IMG/VR virus record: IMGVR_UViG_3300033073_001448
Location: 27,993-91,992 of that record
Strand: one strand, 5' to 3'
Source of the DNA: a virus
Taxonomy: Duplodnaviria > Caudoviricetes
Length of the DNA stretch: 64,000 nucleotides
Both the position numbers and the translations under genes were made by a program. The first letter of the stretch is position 1, and each line of letters opens with the position of its first letter. The notes beneath the pieces are model-generated. The model was not told the DNA's origin, ran no database searches, and was given only the letters and a program-made list of their open reading frames with translations. Shown here in pieces: positions 26,931 to 37,340 of the stretch.

Positions 26931-27298
26931 ATACACCTTTCAAAATTAGGGACCTGCCCGACAATTCATGGTCAGTGAGTTGGCCCGGCTATGAATATGT
27001 TTTGGTCAACAACATTGTCAAGGCACAGAATTTACTTGAAATTTTATTTGACAAACTCAAAATCAATGAAGTAGAGTTAGCTCTGCGTAGAGAAGGTTGG
27101 AGTGAAGATAAAACCGAAATCATGCACGTCAATGTGTCTGCCTGGTGGCAAGATAAAGTCGGTTTGGCAAAGTATCTCACTGATTTTATTGTTGTAGGAA
27201 TAAAGTTTAGAGATCTTGCTAAAGCAGAACAATTCAAAGACATTATGGACAAGCGACTAATGTGGTCCAGACTCAGCGGCGGAAAAAAGTGGAAATGA
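26921..27298 (+). CDS. hypothetical protein
   Basis: starts within the K-W codons of the upstream gene. Confidence 0.65.
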   Translation: MELNTPFKIRDLPDNSWSVSWPGYEYVLVNNIVKAQNLLEILFDKLKINEVELALRREGWSEDKTEIMHVNVSAWWQDKVGLAKYLTDFIVVGIKFRDLAKAEQFKDIMDKRLMWSRLSGGKKWK

Positions 27299-27582
27299 AC
27301 TACAATCCTGCGCCGCCTGTTAAGTTGGGTAGAAGCATTGGCTGGAACTTGGATAGACAGGACATGGAAATAACCCAACGCATACACGACGGTGCAGGAT
27401 GTTATCCTTGGCGCAAGACATTTTTATTGGTTCCTAGACGTAGCATTACCGGTCAAGAACTTTGGATGACTGTTGCCTACAAACGACGATACTGGGCAGT
27501 ATGGGGCACCGGATTTCATTACGAACCTCACGTAGAATATGCTACAATATTTGAAATACTAGCAGACCAGAGAGAACAATGA
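27295..27582 (+). CDS. hypothetical protein
   Basis: coupled ORF. Confidence 0.65.
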   Translation: MNYNPAPPVKLGRSIGWNLDRQDMEITQRIHDGAGCYPWRKTFLLVPRRSITGQELWMTVAYKRRYWAVWGTGFHYEPHVEYATIFEILADQREQ

Positions 27583-27782
27583 ACGTCGCAAAAGAAAACA
27601 CATTTAGAGCCTTAAAGGATGATCCATTGTTGATTACTTCGTGGCTGTGTAGATTTGGTTGGCATCGTTGGACACAATGGTCAGAAGTGTATTTGCCCAA
27701 GAATGGCAAAAACAACATTCAACATGGCCATTGCGGCTGTTGCAACAAAATGCGAGTTAGAATAGTGGTAGGTCCGATATGA
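27579..27782 (+). CDS. small Cys/His protein
   Basis: LCRFGWHRW...CGCC. Confidence 0.65.
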   Translation: MNVAKENTFRALKDDPLLITSWLCRFGWHRWTQWSEVYLPKNGKNNIQHGHCGCCNKMRVRIVVGPI

Positions 27783-28114
27783 AAGCCTGTGTTTGGTATA
27801 CCATAGATGAACGGGTTCCGCCCCGTAGTGGCTACTACCTTGGCTTCAAAGGCATGAGCATGGGCGACAGTGAAACTGGCTGTGACTATTATTACTGGAA
27901 CGCCAAATCAGCGGAGTGGCGAGAAAGTCAAATCAGCAATGCGCATCCGGTCAATGTGGTGTATTGGACTGAAGCAGATCCCGGCGGCTGGTATGACAAG
28001 TATCGTATTCGACAGAAGTCCGGACCCTTGCCTCCAGCAGAACAAGATGCTTGGAATGAAGTACAACGAGCAATCGAACGATATGAAATGGTAAAGGCTT
28101 TGACACAGTTATGA
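27779..28114 (+). CDS. hypothetical protein (DUF551-like)
   Basis: W..IDERVP..SGYYL...VVYW. Confidence 0.55.
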   Translation: MKACVWYTIDERVPPRSGYYLGFKGMSMGDSETGCDYYYWNAKSAEWRESQISNAHPVNVVYWTEADPGGWYDKYRIRQKSGPLPPAEQDAWNEVQRAIERYEMVKALTQL

Positions 28115-28341
28115 ACAAAATAATTTGGGACATAGACAAAGAAGATCCGATGCATATCAGAATCTGGGCATCAAGTGATGACTACAACTTAAAACTGCCA
28201 CCAATGGCCAGTATTTTCTTAGGCGAGGCCATGGAATCTGCAGGCCGAGAAGCAGTGATGAGTCATATCGCGGAAATTGATCGTAGCCCCTGGATACGTG
28301 CCTGGCACGCTGACCATACTTTCAAACTGTTAAAGAGATAA
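28111..28341 (+). CDS. hypothetical protein
   Basis: coupled ORF. Confidence 0.6.
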   Translation: MNKIIWDIDKEDPMHIRIWASSDDYNLKLPPMASIFLGEAMESAGREAVMSHIAEIDRSPWIRAWHADHTFKLLKR

Positions 28342-28344
28342 AAT

Positions 28345-28812
28345 ATGAACTACAATTCTATGACAGATCTTGAACTGTTACACTACTTGGATATCTACAG
28401 CGACGATCCACTGGTTCGCAGACTGATTGATGTGCTCACAAGAACTCGTGGTGCAATTATTTCAGACCTTGAAGAAGCAGGCATGGATCCACAGACCTGG
28501 ACATTCGGCGATGGCTGGGAACAGCAGTTTCCAGGACAATACATTATAGATCTCAAGAAACAAGTAACATACGCTGAAGAAGAACTTGAGGGTGTAAAAT
28601 ACAAACTGGAAGAAGCAGAAAAAGAGCTTGACGAGCTCAAGACTCGTAGCATTATGGACTTTGTTCAAGAAGTTTGGCAAGAGAAGCGAACTGCTACTTT
28701 CAAAGTTCAAGAAGCGTTGAAAGAAGCCGAACATCAGCGCAAAGAAAATGATCGCCTTCGAGAGCAGATTGACATGTGGGGCAAACTTAACCAAGTGAAA
28801 CAAGGAGTGTAA
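28345..28812 (+). CDS. coiled-coil hypothetical protein
   Basis: E/K-rich heptads. Confidence 0.7.
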   Translation: MNYNSMTDLELLHYLDIYSDDPLVRRLIDVLTRTRGAIISDLEEAGMDPQTWTFGDGWEQQFPGQYIIDLKKQVTYAEEELEGVKYKLEEAEKELDELKTRSIMDFVQEVWQEKRTATFKVQEALKEAEHQRKENDRLREQIDMWGKLNQVKQGV

Positions 28813-28813
28813 A

Positions 28814-29194
28814 ATGGATTGGGAAAAATCGGAAGTGGTACGACTACTCAAGGGCGCACCGGGCACACACTATCAAGAAGCAGATGATACAAATAAAACA
28901 ATTATTAGAGATTGGATTCGCAGTCTGCTACAAAGAAGTTCTATCACAGTGACCTTTGTCAAAGCCGACGGCACTGTGCGCGACATGAAATGTACTCTAA
29001 ACTGGGAGTTAATTCCTGTAGACAAACAGCCCAAGGGCGATGTTCCTGTGGAAAATTTGCTTAAAGAAAACAAAAAACCCCGCAAAGAACCTGATCCGCA
29101 CAGCCTCAGGGTATTTGACATTGAGAAGCAAGAATGGCGCAGTTTCCGTTTTGACCGACTGCAAAAGGTCACTGCGGAATTAGAATTCAAATAA
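28814..29194 (+). CDS. WYL_2/Sm-like SH3 protein
   Basis: VTFVKADGTVRDMKCTL...VFDIEKQEWRSFRFDRL. Confidence 0.8.
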   Translation: MDWEKSEVVRLLKGAPGTHYQEADDTNKTIIRDWIRSLLQRSSITVTFVKADGTVRDMKCTLNWELIPVDKQPKGDVPVENLLKENKKPRKEPDPHSLRVFDIEKQEWRSFRFDRLQKVTAELEFK

Positions 29195-29204
29195 ATATTG
29201 ATTC

Positions 29205-29423
29205 ATGGCTAAAGAAGAAGGTTTAAAAATGGACGGTGTTGTGGTAGATGTACTGCCCAACGCTATGTTTAAAGTCAAAATTGCAAATACAGAATCTGTG
29301 ATCACAGGCATAATTTCAGGACGCATGAGACAGCACAACATCAAAATTTTACTGGGAGATACTGTGGAAGTAGAATTCAGTCCATATGACCTCACCCGCG
29401 GACGTATCACACGTCGCCGCTAA
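29205..29423 (+). CDS. infA: translation initiation factor IF-1
   Basis: MAKEE..MDGVV..VLPNAMF.V...ISGRMR...I.IL.GD.V.VE.SPYDLTRGRI. Confidence 0.95.
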   Translation: MAKEEGLKMDGVVVDVLPNAMFKVKIANTESVITGIISGRMRQHNIKILLGDTVEVEFSPYDLTRGRITRRR

Positions 29424-29433
29424 ATATCAAGTT

Positions 29434-29985
29434 ATGACAACAATTCGCGACACCATCAACATTGTTGAAGCCAGTACAAAACCAGCAAAACTGGAAACCA
29501 CTCCCTTGCCTTACAGTGAAAAAGACCTTGAACCTGTAATGAGCCGGGCTACCATTGACTATCACTACGAGCATTTGGCCAAAGGCTATGCAAAACGCTA
29601 CAACGCAGGAGAAGGTAATGCGAATTTTAATCGTGCTGGCAATTTTTTACACAATCAGTTCTTCACTCAGTTTAGGGCTCCTAAGGGCGCCAATCGTCCC
29701 CGTGGCCCAGTACTTGAACTAATCGAAGAGCATTTCAAGACCTGGGAAGATTTCAAAGAAGCCTTCAAAGAAACTGCAATGAAGATACAAGGATCAGGCT
29801 GGGTTTACTTGAGCACTGGTGGAGACATCAAGACCATTGCCAATCATGCTGTACGCACTGACATCTGTGTGTTGGTAGACTGGTGGGAGCATGCCTGGGC
29901 CCTGGACTATCAAAGCGACAAAGAAGGTTATCTAGACAACATCTGGAAAATCATCAACTGGGACATTTGCAACGCAAGACTATGA
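29434..29985 (+). CDS. sod: Fe/Mn superoxide dismutase with N-terminal extension
   Basis: [37 protein letters not shown]. Confidence 0.9.
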   Translation: MTTIRDTINIVEASTKPAKLETTPLPYSEKDLEPVMSRATIDYHYEHLAKGYAKRYNAGEGNANFNRAGNFLHNQFFTQFRAPKGANRPRGPVLELIEEHFKTWEDFKEAFKETAMKIQGSGWVYLSTGGDIKTIANHAVRTDICVLVDWWEHAWALDYQSDKEGYLDNIWKIINWDICNARL

Positions 29986-30302
29986 CACTTACAGAATCCG
30001 CAGTAATCAAACTCAAAGACATTTTGGCAGAAGAAAACAACCCCAACATCAAACTACGAGTGTTTGTGCAGGGCGGTGGATGTGCTGGTTTCAGTTATGG
30101 ATTTACCTTGGATGAATTGCAGAACGAAGATGACTTTGAACAGGATTATGATGGAGTTAAAGTGCTTGTTGATTCCATGAGTTGGCAGTACCTGCAAGGC
30201 AGTAATATCAAGTACAAAGAAGACCTCATGGGCGCCAGTTTTGTAATAGACAATCCGCAAGCAGTTACCACTTGCGGATGCGGATCTAGTTTCTCAGTTT
30301 AA
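29982..30302 (+). CDS. erpA: A-type Fe-S carrier (ErpA/IscA family)
   Basis: [17 protein letters not shown]...[14 protein letters not shown]. Confidence 0.9.
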   Translation: MTLTESAVIKLKDILAEENNPNIKLRVFVQGGGCAGFSYGFTLDELQNEDDFEQDYDGVKVLVDSMSWQYLQGSNIKYKEDLMGASFVIDNPQAVTTCGCGSSFSV

Positions 30303-31414
30303 CTGTAATAAGCCAAAGTAAAGTTTTTCCACGAGCCATTTTGATAAACCTGTGGCAAACTGTCGGTAGTGTTGTACACCATGTCACCATTCTGCGGTGA
30401 AAGTGCATTGATTTGAGTCTGTGTTAGATTGGGCAATCTAAAAGCACTGGTAGTTCCGGTGGTTACTACAGAATTAGCAATCACAGTATCCACAGTCAGT
30501 GTACCTGACATAGTAACTGCATTTGACACTTTGTTAAATGTAAAACCAGGCGATGCATTGGCAGTGCCATTGTCATTGAATACTACTTGAGTATTTGCAC
30601 CACCGACGGTAATGTTGCCACTGATATTACCGCTGACATTTCCCTGCAAATTACCAATAAAGTTTGGTGCTGACACATTGCCGGCAGCAACGATAGTTCC
30701 AGCACTGTTAATGGCTCCGCTGTTAATTGCACCTGCTAAATTTAGGTTACTGATAACGTTGCCGCTGAGGCTTAGATTTACAGCATTGACGTTGGTTCCT
30801 GTGACATTGCCCCCAGCACTGATCAAGCCTCCGGTCAGCAAATTACCGCCAGTGACGTTGCCGGTGGTAGAAATAGCACCACTGCCTTGTAACTGATTGA
30901 TCACAAATGCTGTGGTAGCAATTTGCGTGGTTGATGTGCCATTGGCGGCAGTTACCGCAGTGCTGTTGCCAGTCAGTGTGGCATTGTTGATGCTGCCGCT
31001 GAAATTTCCAATGCTTTGATTTACAAACGCTGTGGTAGCAATTTGATTGGTATTGGTGCCTGCGCTGGCAGTAGGCGCACTGGGAGTACCACTAAAAGTT
31101 GGGCTAATTAAGTACGCCGTTAATGCAGTGTCTACGTAGCTTTGGGATGCCAATGCGGTCCAACTGTTGGCTGAGTTATAGGCATTCAATGTGTCTGTGT
31201 TTGCATTGTACCACAGTTGTCCTAGAATGGGTGTGGTAGGTGCAGTGCCGTTGGCAAAATTTTCCAGTAGATATAGATAATTTTCGTTTTGATAGGTACC
31301 GTAGTTTGTAACTGCTTGACCAATCAAAGCCAAATTTGTGGCTGATGTATTCACTACACCGTCAGGAATAACTGCAACAATTTGCCCGCGACTGTTGTTG
31401 ATAATATAACTCAT
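30299..31414 (-). CDS. baseplate/tail fibre protein
   Basis: [26 protein letters not shown]; [17 protein letters not shown] repeats. Confidence 0.8.
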   Translation of the reverse strand: MSYIINNSRGQIVAVIPDGVVNTSATNLALIGQAVTNYGTYQNENYLYLLENFANGTAPTTPILGQLWYNANTDTLNAYNSANSWTALASQSYVDTALTAYLISPTFSGTPSAPTASAGTNTNQIATTAFVNQSIGNFSGSINNATLTGNSTAVTAANGTSTTQIATTAFVINQLQGSGAISTTGNVTGGNLLTGGLISAGGNVTGTNVNAVNLSLSGNVISNLNLAGAINSGAINSAGTIVAAGNVSAPNFIGNLQGNVSGNISGNITVGGANTQVVFNDNGTANASPGFTFNKVSNAVTMSGTLTVDTVIANSVVTTGTTSAFRLPNLTQTQINALSPQNGDMVYNTTDSLPQVYQNGSWKNFTLAYYS

Positions 31415-31491
31415 ATCTGCTCCGAATTGCAGTATTTAGCGAAACCAGGTTGCTGATACTGCTGGTAAATAGCATACTAGGACTGAATTTT

Positions 31492-33618
31492 ATGGCACAA
31501 CAGATAATCAACGTAGGCTCAGCAGCGAATGATGGGCAAGGCGATCCCATTAGATCTGCTTTTGAAATTTGCAACGAAAACTTTTCTGAACTCTATGGTA
31601 TTGGTGGGGTTTCTGGCATTGCCAACGGAACAAGTAATATATCCATTGCACAAGACTCACCAGTTAGAATCAGTGCCGAAGGTGTACCCAATGTTGTTGT
31701 TGTGGGTTCCACAGGCGCCACAGTTACTGGCACCTTAATTGGCAACGTTGATATCAGTGCAGTTGGCAATGTAACTGCTGGCGGGTTGTTCATTGGTAAC
31801 GGCAGCGCACTCACAGGTATCACTGCAACTGCGCCTGCTATTTTGCTAACTGGTAACACACTGAGTTCAAACGTGCTCAACAGTTCCCTTACATCAGTTG
31901 GAACGTTAACTAGCTTGAACGTAACTGGCAACGTCACAGGTGGTAATATCAACACCGGCGGGGCTATCAGTACTTCGGGCACGGTGTCTGCATTTACTGT
32001 GACCACAGGTTCGGGTGTTACTGCCACAGGTAATGTAGTAGGTGGTAACATAAACACTGGTGGCATTGTTAGTGCTGCCGGTATTATCAGTACTGTGGCC
32101 AATATTTCTGGTGCATATTTTATTGGCAACGGCAGTCAACTCACTGGTATTCAAGCTACTACAGCAGCCAACTTGCTTACTGGCACTGTATTGAGTTCTA
32201 ATGTACTGAGTTCTAGCCTGCGTTCTTTGGGCAATTTAGATTCATTGGTTGTCAGCAATGCACTGGGCGGATCGGGCAGTGTCACTGCCAACGCTATCAC
32301 ACTAGGCACCACAGTGGCAGCCACTGGAAACATTACAGGTGGCAATTTAATAACCGGTGCCGCGGTAATTGGTGCCACAGTAAGTGCCAGCGGAGATATC
32401 ACTGGTGCAAACATTTCGGGCACTGCGGACTTGGCTGGTAACAATGTTATTGCAACCAACAGTGTGTCGGGAACCATAGTCAGCGCATCGGGCAACATCA
32501 CTGGCGGCAATGTTAGAACAGGCGGGCAAGTTTCAGCCACTGGCAATATCACAGGCGGCAATATTGTTACCGCAGGAGTGGTCACTGTTCAAGGTGGTAT
32601 TTTATCTGGATCAACAATCAGCGCCACAGGTCAAATTAGTGGTAGTAGCGCAAGCCTTAGCGGTAACATCACAGGTGGCAATCTACTCACCAGTGGTACT
32701 ATTTCGGCCGCAGGTAATATCACTGGTGGTAATTTGAGTGCCACCAGTATTGTGGGTACATTAACCACTGCAAGTCAAACCAATATTACCACAGTTGGCA
32801 CATTGAGCTCGCTGACAGTCACTGCCAATGTTACTGGTGGTAATTTGTTAACCGGCGGTTTAATTTCATCCACTGGCAATATCGTTGGTGGCAATATTGT
32901 CACTGGCGGTTTGATCAGTGTAACAGGAAGTATCACTAGTGCCTCAACTGTGCAAGGTGCTACTGTGTCTGCAACTGGTAATATTACTGGTGGTAATGTT
33001 ACAACCAGTGGCGTAGTCAGTTCTTCTGGTAATATTTTAAGCGCGGGTATAATTCAAGCGCAAGGAAACATCACAGGCGGTAACATCAACACTGGTGGAT
33101 TGGTCAGTGTAACTAGCAACGTTGTTGCTGGAAACATCAACACTAGTGGACTAATCAGTGCCACTGGCAACGTTACTAGTGGAAACATCAACACCGGTGG
33201 ACTAATTAGTGCCACTGGCAATGTACAGGCAGGCAATTTAAATGCTGCTGGACTTAGCCTTAGCGGCAACGTAGTCAGCGCATTAAATGTAACTTCAAAT
33301 ATTGCTGTAGGAAATTTGTCTACTCCCGGACTGGTCACAGTCACTGGCAACGTCACTGGTGGCAACGTTAATACAGCCGGCGTAGTAACTGCCACAGGAA
33401 ACGTCACTGGTGGCAATGTAATTGCAGCCGCATTGGTACAAGGTGTTACAGTCAGTGCCACTGGTAACGTCAGTGGCGGTAATGTCACTGCGGTATCAAG
33501 GTTGATTATACCTGTTGCTTCTAGTGATCCGGCCAGTCCAGTAACAGGGCAACTTTATTACAACACAGTATTGGGCGGATTAAAGCTCTGGACTGGCTCA
33601 ACTTGGGATGCTGTTTAA
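31492..33618 (+). CDS. tail fibre protein with T4 gp9/gp10-like N-terminus and GNITGGN repeats
   Basis: QQIINVGSAANDGQGDPIRSAF...NENFSELY; about 17-aa Gly/Thr/Asn repeats. Confidence 0.85.
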   Translation: MAQQIINVGSAANDGQGDPIRSAFEICNENFSELYGIGGVSGIANGTSNISIAQDSPVRISAEGVPNVVVVGSTGATVTGTLIGNVDISAVGNVTAGGLFIGNGSALTGITATAPAILLTGNTLSSNVLNSSLTSVGTLTSLNVTGNVTGGNINTGGAISTSGTVSAFTVTTGSGVTATGNVVGGNINTGGIVSAAGIISTVANISGAYFIGNGSQLTGIQATTAANLLTGTVLSSNVLSSSLRSLGNLDSLVVSNALGGSGSVTANAITLGTTVAATGNITGGNLITGAAVIGATVSASGDITGANISGTADLAGNNVIATNSVSGTIVSASGNITGGNVRTGGQVSATGNITGGNIVTAGVVTVQGGILSGSTISATGQISGSSASLSGNITGGNLLTSGTISAAGNITGGNLSATSIVGTLTTASQTNITTVGTLSSLTVTANVTGGNLLTGGLISSTGNIVGGNIVTGGLISVTGSITSASTVQGATVSATGNITGGNVTTSGVVSSSGNILSAGIIQAQGNITGGNINTGGLVSVTSNVVAGNINTSGLISATGNVTSGNINTGGLISATGNVQAGNLNAAGLSLSGNVVSALNVTSNIAVGNLSTPGLVTVTGNVTGGNVNTAGVVTATGNVTGGNVIAAALVQGVTVSATGNVSGGNVTAVSRLIIPVASSDPASPVTGQLYYNTVLGGLKLWTGSTWDAV

Positions 33619-36600
33619 TGTCGCAACCTATTTGGATCACACCGGCTGGTAGTCTAGGCGTAATACCCGAAGGGGTATTTTACCAAACAGCATTGACCGC
33701 AGATGTTGCACCATTGCTGAATGCGCCTACTTGTACAGCAACATCATCGATTACAAATTTAATAACCTGCTCGTCAACCGCAGGAGTGTATCCTGGTCTT
33801 GAAGTTGTATTTGTTGGAACTACCTTTGGTGGCATTGAAGAAAACATCAGATACTTTGTGTTGACCGTGCCCGATTCCACACATTTTAGCATTTGCGACA
33901 CTGAAAATCTCAATGTCAACCCAAATTCTTTGACCACTGCCACGGGCATAATGACTGCTAGTTTCAAACAACACACATACTACAGTTTGATCTCTGGTAA
34001 ATTGCCGGCCGGCATTCAATGTGCAGACAATGGGTTGTTGGTGGGAGTGCCCAAAGCTGTGGCTAGTTTGCAAGGTGTGCCGTTGGATGTAAGCCGAGAT
34101 GTTACTAGTAAATTTGCCATTCGTGGTTACACCAAAACACAGGCTGGCACAGTGGATGCTATTTCGGATAGAACCTTTACACTAACAGTTACTGGCAACG
34201 ATACTCCTGAATTTACTACTCCTGCAGGATCGATTGGCACCTATTATGACAGTGATTTTGTTGACATTCAATTGGAATACACAGGTGTAGATCCTGACGA
34301 AACTATCACTATCACTGTGGCGTCTGGAGAATTGCCACCCGGACTGGCACTGAGTTACAGTGGTGTAATTGAGGGTTGGATTGAGCCAGCGATCAACATT
34401 GATCAGCCGCCGGGCTATGATTTAACTGGCAATAGCTCTGAGCCTTACGATTTTACTATCATAAGCACCAGTAAAAACTATCAGTTTACTTGTAAAATCA
34501 GCGACGGCAAATCTGCCACACTGAGAACATTTTACATTTATGTTTACAATCGGTCAGATCTTAGTGCCGATGATACTTTCTTAACTGCTGACAACTCATT
34601 TGTTACCGCAGACGAAACACCAACTCGCGCACCATTTTTATACAACAGTGTTATCACTGATCTTGGCAGAGTCCGCAGTGATAATTTTTATGCCTATCAA
34701 TTTGAAGGCAATCTCTACGGTGGTACAGGTGTGGGGTATCTTATTTCTGTCAACGAAGGTTTTGGATTGCCGCCAGGACTACAACTAGATCCTCTCACAG
34801 GCTGGTACTATGGATTTATACCTGACCAAGGTACCACAGAGATTACCTACAGTTTTAACATTCAAGTTTACGATTTAGAAGATCCCACAAACGTAAGTCC
34901 TTTGTATCCATTTACAATAACCATCACCGGTGCCATTGACGCAGAAGTTACCTGGGAAGTACCGCCAGAAACGGCTGGGTATACTCGAGTAATTTCTAAA
35001 AAGTACGACGAAAATTTAGACGCTTTTGTAACCACTTCTATGTTTGTGTATGACCTTGGTTCCATTGACAACGGTGGTACCAGCATGTTCTATGTCAAAG
35101 CAGTCAATCGCGGCGGTAGAGATTTACAGTATAGATTAAAAAGCGGCGCCTACAATGAGCTCCCACAAGGACTGAAGTTAATGCCTTCGGGCGATATCAT
35201 TGGTCGAGTGAGTTTTGATACATTTGCCCTAGACGGCGGATCTACTACATTTGATGAAACATTGGCAGTCACTAGAAATCTTGATTTGCAAAAAACAACA
35301 TTTGATTCAACATTTGTGTTTACAGTCAACGCCTACGCTGAAGATACAGCGCAGGTATTGTACAAAGTAGACAGTGTCACTGTGGCTGACGGGGGCACTG
35401 GCTACAGCAGTGTGACTCTACCAACTTTGGAATTTAGTACTCCCATTGGAGCCAGTGCTGTACAAGCTCAAGCAGGCAACATTGTGGTCTCGGGTGGCGC
35501 GATTACCAGTGTCGGCGTTGTTAATTCTGGCGCTGGCTACAGCAGTCCAGCCACACTGACCATTACCGAAGGCTTTGGCGGCTCGGGCGCTGTGTTGACC
35601 CCGGTAATGAAAGCCACTGGTGCTAGAGACGTTATTTCTGTTTACCGAACATTCTCTATCCGAGTCAATAGAACCTACAATAAACCTTATCAGAATCTCT
35701 ACGTAGAAGCAATGCCACCAGAAAATGATCGTGTGATCATCAACGAATTGCTCAGCAACACAGAAATATTTGTACCCGATTTTATCTATAGAATTGACGA
35801 TCCCAATTTTGGCATAGCTCGTAGAGTGACTTATCAACATGCATTCGGTCTTGCACCAGACACATTTGATCAATATGTAGAAAGTCTTTATCTCAATCAC
35901 TATTGGAAAGACTTGGTGTTGGGCAGTGTAAAAACCGCACAGGCTGTGGATCCTGTTTCTGGCGAAGTGGTCTACGAAGTTGTGTATTCAGAGATTGTTG
36001 ATAATTTGGTAAACAGCCAAGGCCAGAGTGTGAGTAAGATTGTTAATTTACCATACCCTATTATTGACCCGTCAGACGGTAGTACTGTGTTAACTCAGGT
36101 ATATCCTAACAGCCTAGTAGACATGCGTGATCAAGTTATTGAAGTGGTAGGCCAGATCAGCAAAAAACTTCCGCTGTGGATGACTTCAAAACAAGAAAAT
36201 GGAACCACACTGGGATTCACTCCTGCCTGGGTAATGTGTTATACCAAGCCAGGTCGAAGCAAACAAATAGCATATTATTTCTCAAGATACTTCTCTGGCA
36301 ATTTAAATGCTGTGGATTTCAAAGTTGATCGATATGTGCTAGATCGTACATTGAGCAAAAACTGGGATACTGAAAATCAACAATGGACTCCTAATCCACC
36401 TACGCTAACAACTTTTGACAGATTCAACACATCAGGTTATACCTTTGTTGGACAAGTCAGTTGTGCAACAAATTTGGCCTATGCTGATGTCAACAACAGA
36501 AACATAGATTATATCAACGCTCTGGGCGGTATCGATGGCGATACATGGATTGCAATACCCGGAAGAACGCCTCCGCCGGGAACCAAAGTGGTAATCAGAA

Positions 36601-37328
36601 ATGGCAGCACTATTGTGTTCGTCAAGCAAGAAAACTACAACGGTCCGCCAGGCAGCTCGTATCCTACCGCAGCAGCAGCCTGGCAGTCATATCTGTATCC
36701 CTATGACGCGATTGGCTTTGACGCCACAGGTACAGAATTTGACCAGTCAGCCACGCTGTCGGGTGGTATAGTGATAGGCTGCACCAACACTACCGCAGGA
36801 TCAAACACAATCACCTGTGACACCACCAGTGATTTGAACCTAAATCAATCAATAACATTTACTGGTACAACCTTTGGCGGTATTGCTACTTCTACAACTT
36901 ACTATGTCAAGAGCATAGTAAATTCAACCAATTTTACAGTTTCCGCTACACCCGGCGGAACTACATTGTCACTGACTACAGCGTCGGGCACAATGACTGG
37001 AAGACCTGCTAATCTACGCATGGCTATCTACACAATCAATATATCATCGGCTGGTATTGTTTCTTTGACGTTGACTACTCAAACGCAAGCAAATCAGTGG
37101 GTACAGGTTGTGCAAGGGTCGTCATTTTTTGCGGCACAATTATACTATCCTGGATCTCCAGGCCCAGATTTAACTCGTATAAGTTGGTTAGCATTGCCCA
37201 CAGTGGTAACAGCAGAAACAATATTTGATCAAGGCAGTATGCAATTTGTTGACCCAGTGGATATGTACGATGCCAGCCAAACTTATGATAAATATCTGGT
37301 ATTTCCCAAGAGCAACATTTTGGTTTAA
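33618..37328 (+). CDS. large baseplate wedge/virion structural protein with Ig-like repeats
   Basis: WITPAGSLG, SGKLPAGI/GELPPGLAL/LPPGLQL putative Ig motifs; C-terminal DKYLVFPK. Confidence 0.8.
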   Translation: MSQPIWITPAGSLGVIPEGVFYQTALTADVAPLLNAPTCTATSSITNLITCSSTAGVYPGLEVVFVGTTFGGIEENIRYFVLTVPDSTHFSICDTENLNVNPNSLTTATGIMTASFKQHTYYSLISGKLPAGIQCADNGLLVGVPKAVASLQGVPLDVSRDVTSKFAIRGYTKTQAGTVDAISDRTFTLTVTGNDTPEFTTPAGSIGTYYDSDFVDIQLEYTGVDPDETITITVASGELPPGLALSYSGVIEGWIEPAINIDQPPGYDLTGNSSEPYDFTIISTSKNYQFTCKISDGKSATLRTFYIYVYNRSDLSADDTFLTADNSFVTADETPTRAPFLYNSVITDLGRVRSDNFYAYQFEGNLYGGTGVGYLISVNEGFGLPPGLQLDPLTGWYYGFIPDQGTTEITYSFNIQVYDLEDPTNVSPLYPFTITITGAIDAEVTWEVPPETAGYTRVISKKYDENLDAFVTTSMFVYDLGSIDNGGTSMFYVKAVNRGGRDLQYRLKSGAYNELPQGLKLMPSGDIIGRVSFDTFALDGGSTTFDETLAVTRNLDLQKTTFDSTFVFTVNAYAEDTAQVLYKVDSVTVADGGTGYSSVTLPTLEFSTPIGASAVQAQAGNIVVSGGAITSVGVVNSGAGYSSPATLTITEGFGGSGAVLTPVMKATGARDVISVYRTFSIRVNRTYNKPYQNLYVEAMPPENDRVIINELLSNTEIFVPDFIYRIDDPNFGIARRVTYQHAFGLAPDTFDQYVESLYLNHYWKDLVLGSVKTAQAVDPVSGEVVYEVVYSEIVDNLVNSQGQSVSKIVNLPYPIIDPSDGSTVLTQVYPNSLVDMRDQVIEVVGQISKKLPLWMTSKQENGTTLGFTPAWVMCYTKPGRSKQIAYYFSRYFSGNLNAVDFKVDRYVLDRTLSKNWDTENQQWTPNPPTLTTFDRFNTSGYTFVGQVSCATNLAYADVNNRNIDYINALGGIDGDTWIAIPGRTPPPGTKVVIRNGSTIVFVKQENYNGPPGSSYPTAAAAWQSYLYPYDAIGFDATGTEFDQSATLSGGIVIGCTNTTAGSNTITCDTTSDLNLNQSITFTGTTFGGIATSTTYYVKSIVNSTNFTVSATPGGTTLSLTTASGTMTGRPANLRMAIYTINISSAGIVSLTLTTQTQANQWVQVVQGSSFFAAQLYYPGSPGPDLTRISWLALPTVVTAETIFDQGSMQFVDPVDMYDASQTYDKYLVFPKSNILV

Positions 37329-37340
37329 CAAGGACAACAA

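Noticed and set aside
31529-33488. Long antisense ORFs (MLPPVMLPVA...) opposite the fibre genes, also at 49369-53475
   Set aside because: Shadow frames of Gly/Thr/Asn repeat codons with no independent expression signals.
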